This document shows, piece by piece, positions 25,290 to 38,968 of a stretch of 64,000 bases of DNA. The notes beneath the pieces are model-generated. The model was not told where the DNA came from, searched no databases, and saw nothing but the letters and a program-made list of their open reading frames with translations. The stretch comes from Eledone cirrhosa (lineage: Eukaryota), in contig CAXHJY010000255.1 in NCBI GenBank assembly GCA_964016885.1, positions 10,539 through 74,538 on the forward strand, given 5' to 3'. The first letter of the stretch is position 1. Every line of letters begins with the position of its first letter. Position numbers and translations under genes: made by a program.

Positions 25290-27808
25290 CTTTTAATTGA
25301 CCTTGATATGGTTATAATAAGTTAACATGACAGATCTTTTAATTGACCTACATAACTGTCACTCTAATACACCCTTGATATGGTTATAATAAGTTAACCT
25401 GACATCTTTTAATTGACCTACATAACTGTCACTCTAATATATCCTTGATATGGTTATAATAAGTTAACCTGACATCTTTTAATTGACCTACATAACTGTC
25501 ACTCTAATATATCCTTGATATGGTTATAAGTTAACATGACATCTTTTAACTGACCTACATAACTGTCACTAATATATCCTTGATATGGTTATAATAAGTT
25601 AACCTGACAGATCTTTTAATTGACCTACATAACTGTCACTCTAATATATCCTTGATATGGTTATAATAAGTTAACATGACACATCTTTTAATTGACCTAC
25701 ATAACTGTCACTCTAATATATCCTTGATATGGTTATAATAAGTTAACATGACACATCTTTTAATTGACCTACATAACTGTCACTCTAATATATCCTTGAT
25801 ATGGTTATAATAAGTTAACATGACACATCTTTTAATTGACCTACATAACTGTCACTCTAATATATCCTTGATATGGTTATAATAAGTTAACATGACACAT
25901 CTTTTAACTGACCTACATAATTGTCACACTAATATATCCTTGGTATGGTTATAATAAGTTAATATGACACATCTTTTAATTGACCTACATAACTGTCACT
26001 CTAATACACCCTTGTTATGGTTATAATAAGTTAATATGACACATCTTTTAATTGACCTACATAACTGTCACTCTAATACACCCTTGTTATGGTTATAATA
26101 AGTTAACATGGCATCTTTTAACTGACCTACATAACTGTGACACTAATATATCCTTGATATGGTTATAATAAGTTAACCTGACACATCTTTTAATTGACCT
26201 ACATAACTGTCAAACTAATATATCCTTGATATGGTTATAATAAGTTAACCTGACATCTTTTAATTGACCTACATAACTGTCACTCTAATACACCCTTGAT
26301 ATGGTTATAATAAGTTAACCTGACAGATCTTTTAATTGACCTACATAACTGTCACTCTAATACACCCTTGATATGGTTATAATAAGTTAACCTGACATCT
26401 TTTAATTGACCTACATAACTGTCACTCTAATATATCCTTGATATGGTTATAATAAGTTAACCTGACAGATCTTTTAATTGACCTACATAACTGTCACTCT
26501 AATACACCCTTGATATGGTTATAATAAGTTAACCCGACATCTTTTAATTGACCTACATAACTGTCACTCTAATATATCCTTGATATGGTTATAATAAGTT
26601 AACCTGACATCTTTTAATTGACCTACATAACTGTCACTCTAATATATCCTTGATATGGTTATAAGTTAACATGACATCTTTTAACTGACCTACATAACTG
26701 TCACTAATATATCCTTGATATGGTTATAATAAGTTAATATGACACATCTTTTAATTGACCTACATAACTGTCACTCTAATATATCCTTGATATGGTTATA
26801 ATAAGTTAACCTGACACATCTTTTAATTGACCTACATAACTATCACTAATATATCCTTGATATGGTTATAATAAGTTAACATGACACATCTTTTAATTGA
26901 CCTACATAACTGTCACTCTAATACACCCTTGATATGGTTATAATAAGTTAACATGACATCTTTTAATTGACCTACATAACTGTCACACTAATATATCCTT
27001 GATATGGTTATAATAAGTTAACCTGACATCTTTTAATTGACCTACATAACTGTCACTCTAATATATCCTTGATATGGTTATAATAAGTTAACCTGACATC
27101 TTTTAATTGACCTACATAACTGTCACTCTAATACACCCTTGATATGGTTATAATAAGTTAACCTGACATCTTTTAATTGACCTACATAACTGTCACTCTA
27201 ATATATCCTTGATATGGTTATAAGTTAACATGACATCTTTTAATTGACCTACATAACTGTCACTCTAATATATCCTTGATATGGTTATAATAAGTTAACC
27301 TGACATCTTTTAATTGACCTACATAACTGTCACTCTAATACACCCTTGATATGGTTATAATAAGTTAACATGACATCTTTTAATTGACCTACATAACTGT
27401 CACTCTAATACACCCTTGATATGGTTATAATAAGTTAACCTGACATCTTTAATTGACCTACATAACTGTCACTCTAATATATCCTTGGTATGGTTATAAT
27501 AAGTTAACCTGACATCTTTTAATTGACCTACATAACTGTCACTCTAATATATCTTTGATATGGTTATAATAAGTTAACATGACATCTTTTAATTGACCTA
27601 CATAACTGTCACTCTAATATATCCTTGATTTGGTTATAATAAGTTAACATGACACATCTTTTAATTGACCTACATAACTGTCACTCTAATACACCCTTGA
27701 TATGCGTTGGTTATAAGTTAACATAACACATCTTTTAATTGACCTACATAACTGTCACTCTAATATGTCCTTAATATGGTTATAATAAGTTAACATGACA
27801 AATCTTTT
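25290..27808. repeat. About 70-bp AT-rich minisatellite, about 36 copies
   Basis: Unit ttttaattgacctacataactgtcactctaatatatccttgatatggttataataagttaacctgacatc with small length variants. Confidence 0.98.
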
Positions 27809-28032
27809 TTTACCAGGTTAAAGGTTCAGGCCTCTACAACACTTTAAACATTTGCCACACCACATCGATCGTGCCTCGTGCTGGTTGCCTGAGAAACGAT
27901 TGTAATATGTCCAATAAATTCCATTCGTCGCAACACTGATTCTCTTTTTTCTGTGATATCATACTCTGCTCTATGAGAGCATCGAGTGCTCATACGGCCT
28001 ACCGCATATGGACGCTTTAAGCATCCAACACC

Positions 28033-28071
<39 letters not shown>

Positions 28072-28077
<6 letters not shown>

Positions 28078-28460
28078 AGGCAAGCATGCTCCATTGGATG
28101 TGCAGTGTAAATATGCGTGAACGACCCAGCATAAATGTGTTGAGAGAGAAACTGTGTCTGAGAGGGATAGAATGTAGTGTACAGGAGAGGAGACTGAGGT
28201 GGTATGGACATGTGATGCGCATGGAGGATGACCGATGGGTGAAGAAGTGCCAGGAATTGCCAGTTGAAGGAAGACGTGGTAGAGGTAGACCACGAAAAAC
28301 ATGGGCGGAGGTGGTGAGAACAGACCTCAGATCATTGAAGCTCACGGTGGAGATGACGAGGGACCGTGACGAGTGGAGAGATGCTGTGCTGAATAAGACC
28401 CGTCCCACCCTTGCAAGCAGGGAAAAGCGGACGTAAAATGATGATGATGATGATGATGAT
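28072..28460 (+). mobile_element. RTE LINE 3' end
   Basis: EASMLHWMCSV..RRLRWYGHVMRM..GRPRKTW..REKRT* followed by (TGA)n. Confidence 0.92.
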
Positions 28461-28465
28461 GTATA

Positions 28466-29051
28466 TCTGTATATAAATAAAGATGAGGTTTTCTGTATGT
28501 GTGTGTGGACAATGTTTAATGAGGGCTCTTATATTCTAAACCATTCATGTGATTTCTTTGAAATTTTTTACAGAGCTTCTCCTTGCACAAAACCTGTATA
28601 TGATCTACAAAGGCTTTCAAAAATCCATATTGGGGCCTTTGGAGACATGAAAAAAGTTTTGGTTATTTGTGTCAATTTTTGTGATTAAGTAAGACAAGAG
28701 TTATCTTTCGTCAATACAATAGGAACTCATTTTTGATGTTGTCAAAAATTTTGTTTGGGGATTTTGATTATTACAATTCGGCTCATTCGGATTTTACTTT
28801 ACTCTTTGTACTTGAAACAAAAGGTTTTACTGTTGTCAAAAAAATGTATACCTAGACTGGAATTCTGTTGTTACATGGGATAACGGATGGCACAGAACTC
28901 ACATATTAATTATTTCGCTGGAATAGTGCCTAAGGTTTTCATGTTTACATAAAGTACGTTTTTCTTCTATATATTCAAATTTACTTTGTTTAGTTTAATG
29001 AGCTACATCGAAAGCTACTTGAACCGTCTGAAGAATGGGTACTTTACCTAG
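28466..29051 (+). mobile_element. Non-autonomous Helitron-like element
   Basis: A|TC 5' end and CTAG|T 3' end; second copy inverted at 45790-46460. Confidence 0.6.
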
Positions 29052-29061
29052 TATATATATA

Positions 29062-30322
29062 CAGGGTGTGGACGATATTTGTTCGCAATTTTCAACTGCT
29101 AATTTTATGGAAATTTTTTTTACTTCCGTTGTCACTCTTGTCTTCATAAAAACAGTGACTTTATTTCCATTATTTATTTTCAGAATAATTGATTATGAAT
29201 AATTTTGAACCTCCAAATTTGTGGAAGAGACACAGAGTTCTTCTTGGAATCTGCGCCGGGAGGACAAATAAGGAAATTTCAGACTTTCTCAGCATCAACA
29301 GGAGAATGGTGGAAAAGGTCAGAAAGGAATTGGAAGATTCAGGATTTGACTATGAAACAACATCAGAGAGGAAAACACATGATCAACAATCTGACGCCTT
29401 CAGAACGCCCGAGTTCGTCGCTGAAGTTCAGGATATCATCAACAATGAACCTAGCAAGTCGGTGTGTGCCATTGCAAGGAAGAAAGGCATGAATGAAAAG
29501 CACATTAGGCTGGTGGTACATGAAGACATTCACTACGTTTCATACAAGATGAGGAAAGGACAATTTCTGTCAAAGGCGATGCAAGAAAAGCAACTGAAGC
29601 ACACAAAGAAGCTGATCAACAGGACGAGAAAAACTTCTGCCAAGACCAGAAGATCAACTCCCAGAACAACAGGTGGCTCGCTGTCTCATCCAAAGATGTG
29701 CCCAGAGTCATGCAGACATAGTTTCCAGCGACAACATTGGTCTTAGGTGTTGTCAGCAGTCAAGGTGACGTCATGCCACCTCACTTCTTCCCTGAGAGCC
29801 TCAAGCTGAACACCGATGGTTACATCCACGTTCTGAGCGAGGTAGTAAAGCCCTGGATCGACCAGGTAGCTGCAGGTAGGTACGTGTGGCAGCAAGACTC
29901 AGCGCCCTGCCATACCAGCCGAAAGACCCAAGCCTGGCTGTCAGAGAACTTCGTCGACCACACTTCACCTGACATCTGGCCTCCCAGCTCGCCTGACTGT
30001 AACCCCCTTGACTTCTTTGTGTGGGGCGCAGTGGAATGAGACACCAACAGATCTAGCTGCAATACAAAAGACGATCTAAAGGCCAGGATCACAAGTGCCT
30101 TTAGGGGCCTAAGTCGGGGGACAGTGACGAAGGCCTGTAGTCAGTTCTGAGGCCGCCTTGAGGCCATCATCAAAGCCAATGGCGGGTTTATCGAGTGAGA
30201 TCGAAAGAACAAGTCATGAAGACAAACTGACCCAAGTTTGATAAATATATCTTAAAAAATAAAACTACTGTGTTATTTTTTCCTAGACAGTAATCTTGCG
30301 AACAAATATCATCCGTACCCTG
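29062..30322 (+). mobile_element. Tc1/mariner DD37D (maT) transposon, both ends present, transposase disrupted
   Basis: TIRs cagggtgtggacgatatttgttcgcaa / ttgcgaacaaatatcatccgtaccctg with TA flanks; WQQDSAPCH...WPPSSPDCNPLD has 37 residues between the Asp residues; frameshift and stops. Confidence 0.93.
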
Positions 30323-30806
30323 TATATTTATATATATAGTTTGGTTGACAATTATACTAATATGCACAGACACACAGATATATTGTCCTTGGTATGACAG
30401 TGTGGTTTTAGCTCAATGTAGGATAACCAGTATACTACAGAGCCGTTATTAAAAAATTACGTCAAAAGTTAACCAACTTTTCTGTTTACTGACCCCTGCT
30501 TACAACCTTTCATACTCTGCCTGTAAATCATGTACTTGCACTGCTTGTGAATTGATGTGTCTATGTTTGGTTTGTTTTTTGATCATGCTGAGTGACACCC
30601 TCATTCATTTCTTGCTCTCCTCTCTCAACCTCCTTATGATCTATTGCACCATTTACGTGATAAACTTTTGACGTAATTTTTTATGATGTAATATTTTGTG
30701 ACATTATATGTATCATGTATTGTGTGCCCCCCTACTTGTCCTTCTTCCTTGTTCTGGTGACTAGGCTCGATGGAGCCTGCAACCTTTCATATACTTTTGT
30801 TTATAG

Positions 30807-30851
30807 GCTCTGATGATTCCTGCCCTAGGGTATCGATGAAACACTGTTAGC
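30807..30851 (+). ncRNA. Degenerate minimal hammerhead motif in a probable Penelope-like 3' end
   Basis: gct-CTGATGA-[..tgccctagggta..]-GAAAC-act-GTT-agc followed by AATAAA; the segment ends in a large (TA)n array. Confidence 0.5.
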
Positions 30852-30989
30852 AAATAAAACAATGTATTCTAAGCACTCTTTGGTTATTCCCAAAAGGTAA
30901 ACAGAAATAACAACACAATCGGTACAGTATATGGAAAGGATATATTAGGTTAATGCTTGATATAGCAGGAACATTTATTATTATCAATA

Positions 30990-32233
30990 AATATATATAT
31001 AATATATATATATAATATATATATAATATATATATATTATATATAAATATAATATATATATATCATATATATATATTATATATATATATATAATATATAT
31101 ATATATTATATATATATATATATAATATATATATATATTATATATATATATATTATATATATATATAATATATATATATATATTATATATATATATAATA
31201 TATATATATCATATATATAATATATATATATTATATATATATATATAATATATATATATATTATATATATATATAATATATATATATTATATATATATAT
31301 ATAATATATATATATTATATATATATATAATATATATATATTATATATATATATATAATATATATATATTATATAATATATATATATTATATATATATAT
31401 AATATATATATATATTATATATATATATAATATATATATATTATATATATAATATATATATATTATATATATATATAATATATATATATTATATATATAA
31501 TATATATATATTATATATAATATATATATATATTATATATATATATAATATATATATATTATATATATATATATAATATATATATATTATATAATATATA
31601 TATATTATATATATATATAATATATATATATATTATATATATATATAATATATATATATTATATATATAATATATATATATTATATATATATATAATATA
31701 TATATATTATATATATAATATATATATATTATATATAATATATATATATATTATATATATATATAATATATATATATTATATATATATATATAATATATA
31801 TATATTATATAATATATATATATTATATATATATATAATATATATATATATTATATATATATAATAATATATATATATTATATATATATATATAATAAAT
31901 ATATATATTATATATATATATAATATATATATATATTATATATATATTATATATATATTATATATATATAATATATATATATTATATATATATATTATAT
32001 ATATATTATATATATTATATATATATATTATATATATATATTATATATATATATAATATATATATATTATATATATATATAATATATATATATATTATAT
32101 ATATATATAATATATATATATATTATATATATATAATATATATATATTATATATATATAATATTTATATATAATATAAATATATATATATATATATAATA
32201 TATATATATAATATATAATATATATATATATAA

Positions 32234-32277
<44 letters not shown>

Positions 32278-32440
32278 TATATTTATTATATATATTTTAT
32301 ATATAAATAATATATATATATATTATATATATATATATATATATTTATTATATATATTTTATATATAAATAATATATATATATATTATATATATATATAT
32401 ATATTATATATATATATTATATATATTTTATATATAAATA

Positions 32441-32471
<31 letters not shown>

Positions 32472-32496
32472 ATTATATATATTTTATATATAAATA

Positions 32497-32527
<31 letters not shown>

Positions 32528-32669
32528 ATTATATATATTTTATATATTTTATATATAAATAATATATATATATAATATATATATATATTATATATATAAA
32601 TATGATATATATATATATAATATATATATATAATATAATATATATATATATGATATATATATATATAAT

Positions 32670-32701
<32 letters not shown>

Positions 32702-33165
32702 ATATATATATATATTATATATATAAATATGATATATATATATATATATAATATATATATATATAATATATATATATAATATATATATATAATATATATA
32801 TATATATAATATATATATATATAATATATATATATAATATATATATATATATAATATATATATATAATATATATATTATATATATAATATATATAATATA
32901 TATATTATATATATAATATATATATATATAATATATATATATAATATATATATATAATATATATATTATATATATATATATATATAATATATATATATAA
33001 TATATATATATAATATATATATATATAATATATATAATATATTATATATATAATATATTATATATATCGTCCCACCCTTGCAAGCAGGGAAAAGCGGACG
33101 TAAAATGATGATGATGATGATGATGATGAATATATATATATATATTATATATATATTATATATAT
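30990..33165. repeat. About 2.2-kb (TA)n-derived array
   Basis: Direct inspection; contains one short RTE tail at 33068-33128. Confidence 0.97.
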
Positions 33166-33166
33166 A

Positions 33167-33413
33167 TTTAGGGTACAACTATGTACCCTAAATGTTGTAA
33201 ATGACTAGGATTCTAGTTACACGTTTTCGACATTCCCTATGCTCCGATCATTCCAGACTTCTCTCTGGAAGAAACAATTGTCAGCAAATAAATGTTCTAA
33301 ACTAAAAGTTGATAGTCTTAACACTTTGTATTTCGGCTCTGTAAAACACTTGAAAATTTGCATTGAGCCTTTTGTCATACCAGTAACCGGCTAGTACCTA
33401 GTAGTATCCTACA
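33167..33413 (+). mobile_element. Probable solo LTR
   Basis: Termini tttagggtac...gtatcctaca (8/10 inverted match, CA end), internal AATAAA, TA-rich flanks. Confidence 0.45.
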
Positions 33414-33542
33414 TATTTATAGTTATATCAAACATATATCAATCTAGATATAAATATTACTATATATAATATATATATATTATATATATATATAATATAT
33501 ATTATATATATTTGTAATATATATATATAAATAATATATATA

Positions 33543-33836
33543 AGGTTATGAGTTCAATTCTCAGACCGGGTGATGTGTTGTTTCCTTGAGCAAGACACTT
33601 AATTTCACATTGCTCTAGTTTACTTAGCTGTAGAAATGAGATGATAGGACAGGGTCCCTATCATTCCACTGTAAAGTGGTCGTGGAGGTGTCACGGCAAA
33701 AAGCACCCAGCACTCATTGTAAATGAGGTTGGTGTTAGGAAGGGCATCCAGCTGTAGAAATCAAGCCAGAATCAGTTCCCGTCCCACCCTTGCAAGCAGG
33801 GAAAAAGCGGACGTAAAATGAAATGATGAAAATGAT
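33543..33836 (+). mobile_element. SINE family A, 5'-truncated
   Basis: Starts aaggttatgagttcaattctc; full tail. Confidence 0.9.
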
Positions 33837-33855
33837 ATAATATAAATATAATATA

Positions 33856-34272
33856 CAATGATATTAAATAAATGGAAACTATATTTATAAAAGCATATTT
33901 ATTCTATTATATATATTTCAAAAATTTGGTATGCTATCATCAGATAAAATACAAAATGTTTTATAAATATTTGACATGACCAGGGATAACTTAAACCGGG
34001 ATAACTTTCCAGGGATAACTTGAACCGTTAAGGTATATTATCCTTGCACATGTCAAATATTTATAAAACATTTTGTATTTTATCTGATGATAGCGTACCA
34101 AAATTGTTGGTACCCTTGAAATATAGATAATAGAATAGATATGGTTTTATAAATATAGTTTCCATTTATTTAATATCATTGAATACTTACTCCAGAAAAC
34201 TGTTGAGTGCTTTGAATCAGTTGTAAACATCTATATTTGTTGGATTTCCAACAAATTAAATATCTCTTCTAC
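33856..34272. mobile_element. Head-to-head inverted pair of hammerhead-bearing Penelope-like termini
   Basis: 33856-33978 is the reverse complement of 34049-34181 apart from a short stem-II deletion. Confidence 0.75.
34076..34137 (+). ncRNA. Minimal hammerhead motif
   Basis: tattttat-CTGATGA-tagcgtaccaa/ttggtaccctt-GAAA-T-ATAG-A-TA-atagaata. Confidence 0.7.
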
Positions 34273-34481
34273 ATATATATATATAATATATATATATATA
34301 TAATATATATATATATAATATATATAAATATAATATATATATTATCCCACACTTGCAAGCAGGGAAAAGCGTACGTAAAATGATGATGATGATGATGATG
34401 AAATATAATATATATATATATATTATAAAAATTATAAAAAATAAACCAAAGAAGCCTTCAATACATCAAAAGTCTTTATTA

Positions 34482-34519
34482 GCCAACAATGTTTCGTCCT
34501 ATTAAGGACTCATCAGGGC
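34482..34519 (-). ncRNA. Minimal hammerhead motif (second family)
   Basis: Minus strand gcc-CTGATGA-gtcct-taat-aggac-GAAAC-att-GTT-ggc, followed by taataaag. Confidence 0.75.
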
Positions 34520-34654
34520 AAGTAAAGCTACAAGAAGCACTATCGGCCAATACAAGCCAAAAACTCAGAAGAATATGGAGTATACATCTATTAAAGCTTA
34601 GGAAAGATATCATATATTAATTCTTATATATATACATATATATACATATAATAT

Positions 34655-34952
34655 ATCATCATCATTTCATTTTACGTCCGCTTTTTCCCTGCTTGCAAGG
34701 GTGGGACGGGAACTGATTCTGGCTTGATTTCTACAGCTGGATGCCCTTCCTAACACCAACCTCATTTACAGTGAGTGCTGGGTGCTTTTTTTTGTCATGG
34801 CACCTCCACGACCACTTTACAGTGGAATGATATGGACCCCAGTCCCTATCATCTCATTTCTACAGCTGAGTAAACTGGAGCAATGAGAAATAAAGTGTCT
34901 TGCTCAAGGAAACAACACATTACCCGGTCTGAGAATTGAACTCACAACCTTA
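34655..34952 (-). mobile_element. SINE family A, 5'-truncated
   Basis: Reverse complement of family A; truncated at the same point as the 33543 copy. Confidence 0.9.
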
Positions 34953-35077
34953 TATATATATAACAAAGGAATTGTGGTAAGGAACCAGATGGACCATAAC
35001 GCACCAGAGTACTCAATACTTAGGGTAGTAGAGTGGGAAATATATATATATAATATATATATACATATATATATATT

Positions 35078-35297
35078 TTTTCATTACGATCGACTTTCGT
35101 CAAATTGGACCGAGGAAACAATGTTTCCGTTGGTCTTTCCAATTGCTATTACTATCTATCGGTCGCAACTCCAGGTAGAAGGAGCAACGTGAAATAAAGT
35201 GTCTTGCTCAAGGACATAACGCATCGCCCGGTCCAGGAATCGAACTCACAACCTCACGATTGCGAATCCAATTCTCTAACCACTCAGCCATACGCCT
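35078..35297 (-). mobile_element. SINE with a family A-like head and a different 3' tail
   Basis: ggcgtatggctgagtggttagag..gagttcgattcc..gtccttgagcaagacactttatttcac, then an unrelated tail ending cgtaatgaaaaaa. Confidence 0.85.
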
Positions 35298-35299
35298 TC

Positions 35300-36219
<920 letters not shown>

Positions 36220-36490
36220 GTAGAAGTTCTATTTAAATTGTTGGGATACAACAAGCAAATATTTTTATAACTGATATAAAGCACTCAACAAATCATTGGA
36301 GTAAAAATCCGATATTAACAAATGGAAACTATATTTATAAAAACCATATTTATTTCATTATACATATTTCAAGGACACCAAGTTAAATTATGGTGCGCTT
36401 TCATCAGATAAAATATAATATAGATCAGTTTTATAAATAAATATTGACATACCCTTAAAGAATGCGACCATTACTGTTGGGAGCTCCCGG
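36220..36490 (-). mobile_element. Penelope-like terminal repeat, possibly the 3' end of the element at 38969-41590
   Basis: Homologous to 4110-4370, 34030-34272 and 50570-50835; same strand as and downstream of the GIY-YIG ORF; abuts (TA)n. Confidence 0.65.
36351..36415 (-). ncRNA. Minimal hammerhead motif
   Basis: Minus strand tattttat-CTGATGA-aagcgcacca/tggtgtcctt-GAAA-T-ATGT-A-TA-atgaaata. Confidence 0.75.
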
Positions 36491-37440
36491 ATAGTGGGGT
36501 TACTAAATTTATTTAGTCTATTATGCAAATTAGTGTCGGATATGTTTAAATCACAGTAGATTTAAAATAAGCCATTGGGGTATGGAAAAGGGGAAAGAAA
36601 AGAAAGAGAAAAAAGAGAAAAAAGAGTCAACTCTAAGAGGAAAATAAGAAAACAAGAGAAAGAGAAAGAGAAGAAAAGAGAAAGAGAAAGCCCTAAGTGA
36701 TAGGTTGTTGTATTAGCGTAACTTTTAAGATGAAGTGAAAAAATAAATATTTATTGGATGAGTTAGGAAGAGTAAATAAGCGTGAATAGAAAATAAATAA
36801 ATAATAATAACTGGAGAATTTTAACCAGTGTTTAAATATGATTAAATGTTTAGTTTAACAATTAAATTATCAATTAAATTATTGAGATCTATATATTATT
36901 AAAACTATATATTATTAAAAGAATATATTCATATATATACATATGCACATATATATATATATACACATATATATATATATATATATATAAGCATATATAT
37001 ATATATACATACACATACATATATATACATACAATAAAAGATTTTTTATGTTTAAGATATAGGAATTTTTCTAAACTTATAGATTTTTCGGAGAAATCTG
37101 AGAAAAAATCTGAGAAAAATCATTTCTATGTAATAGCAAAACAGCGTGAAGGAAATTAAGTTATTTACTTATATTAAATGCTATAAATGTTAAGATAATA
37201 AAGGAAATTTAAGATTATACAAACCTTATATTATTTAATAGTAAGTTATAATTTTATAAATTTTATATCTAATAAATCCACCTGTTATGTAGTTGTGACT
37301 GTTATTATATAAGTTTGTTTAGCATAAACTGTAAGAAATCCTTTATAACAGAGTGCATTCGAATTGTATGTATATATACATATACACAGCCCCTACATAG
37401 ATACACATACATATATATACACATACCAGTAGACATGCAT

Positions 37441-37486
<46 letters not shown>

Positions 37487-37739
37487 AAGAGAGAGAGAGA
37501 GAGATAAATATAAAGTACATAGTATAATTAAAGTACATAATATATAAAATAAAATAAAAATGAATTATAGTTTTAAAAGGAATTACGATTTGGAAATATA
37601 TATTATACAATTTTAAGCAATATAACTTTAAAGCAATATAATTTTAAAAAATATTAAAAATATTTTAAGATATAATTTTAAAATAAGAATATGTCTAAAA
37701 AATTCAGTATAAAAATGAATTTTAATTTTTTTAATATAT

Positions 37740-37930
37740 AATTGTTTCTACTTTAGGCACACGGCCAGCAATTACCCAGTGCATTACTGGTACTTTTATT
37801 TTATCGACCCCGTAAGGATGAAAGGCAAAGTTAACCTCGGCGGGATTTGAACTCAGTCCATAAAGAGACGTAAATATGCTGCAAAGCATGGCGTCCGACC
37901 CTCTACCGATACTGCCAATCCACCGCCCTT
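37740..37930 (-). mobile_element. SINE family B
   Basis: Reverse complement of family B head, core and tail. Confidence 0.88.
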
Positions 37931-38367
37931 TTAATATATAATATTTAACTCTCAGTATGTTTAACTTAATTTTTATAACCATATGAGAAATTTTCAAAGA
38001 AAAAGAAAGAGAAACTTTCAAAAATAGGAGAAACTTTCAAAGAAAATATTTTCCCCTTTTAAGAGCTTTCAGTATGTTTATCTAGAAAAACTTTCTAGGA
38101 AAATTTTTTTTTATAATGAGAGTTTTATGCAGTCAAATGAAGGAATCTAATGATTTATCGGTAGGTTCAATATATTTAATAGAATGAGTTATATATTACA
38201 TTTTAAATTTATATTTAAGCGTTGAATTCAATCTATGTTTGCAGCAACTGAAAAGATTGCTTCTTACGTTCAGGGAATTTTTGAAAAAGAGAGAGAGAAA
38301 AAGAAAGAAGAAAAAAGAAAAGAGAAAAAATAAAAAATAAAAAAGATAAAGAAAAAATAATAAATAA

Positions 38368-38556
38368 ATAATTGTTTCTACTTTAGGCACAAGGCCAGCA
38401 ATTACCCAGTGCATTACTGGTACTTTATTTTATCGACCCCGTAAGGATGAAAGGCAAAGTCAACCTCGGCGGGATTTGAACTCAGATCGTAAAGGGACGG
38501 AACTATGCTGGAAAGCATGGCGTCCGACCCTCTACCGATACTGCCAATCAACCACC
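38368..38556 (-). mobile_element. SINE family B
   Basis: Reverse complement of family B head, core and tail. Confidence 0.88.
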
Positions 38557-38968
38557 AATAAATAAATAATAATAAATAAGTTAGAATCAAGATGGTAAAA
38601 ATAAATTTTAAAATGTATATGTGTGCAAAGAAAAGTGAACATAATATGGTTGTTGAAAATAGGTGTGGCGTTATTGGTTAAAATATAAAGATGTGATGGT
38701 ATAAACATGAAAATACTAAATATATACATATATGTATTGATTAAATTAATAAATTAATAAATTGGAAGTTATGTTAGAAGTGAAGAGAATACGATAGGAT
38801 ATAATGTAAGAGGTGAAATAGATTTAGGGAAAGAGAGTGAAAGACAGAAAAATTAGGAGGTTGTGATGTTGATTCAGTGATTAGTTGATCTATTGACAGT
38901 TAATAATAGTGGGTTATTATAATAGACTTTAAGTGGTTCAGCTTGAATTATGGAATTGTTGGATCGAA

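Noticed and set aside
25290-27808. CRISPR-like array (also considered for the 39-bp and 120-bp arrays)
   Set aside because: Units are contiguous with no unique spacers, there are no cas genes, and the context is eukaryotic
27815-28032. Possible LTR 3' half (AATAAA, ends caaca)
   Set aside because: No matching 5' TG end, target-site duplication or second copy visible; left unassigned
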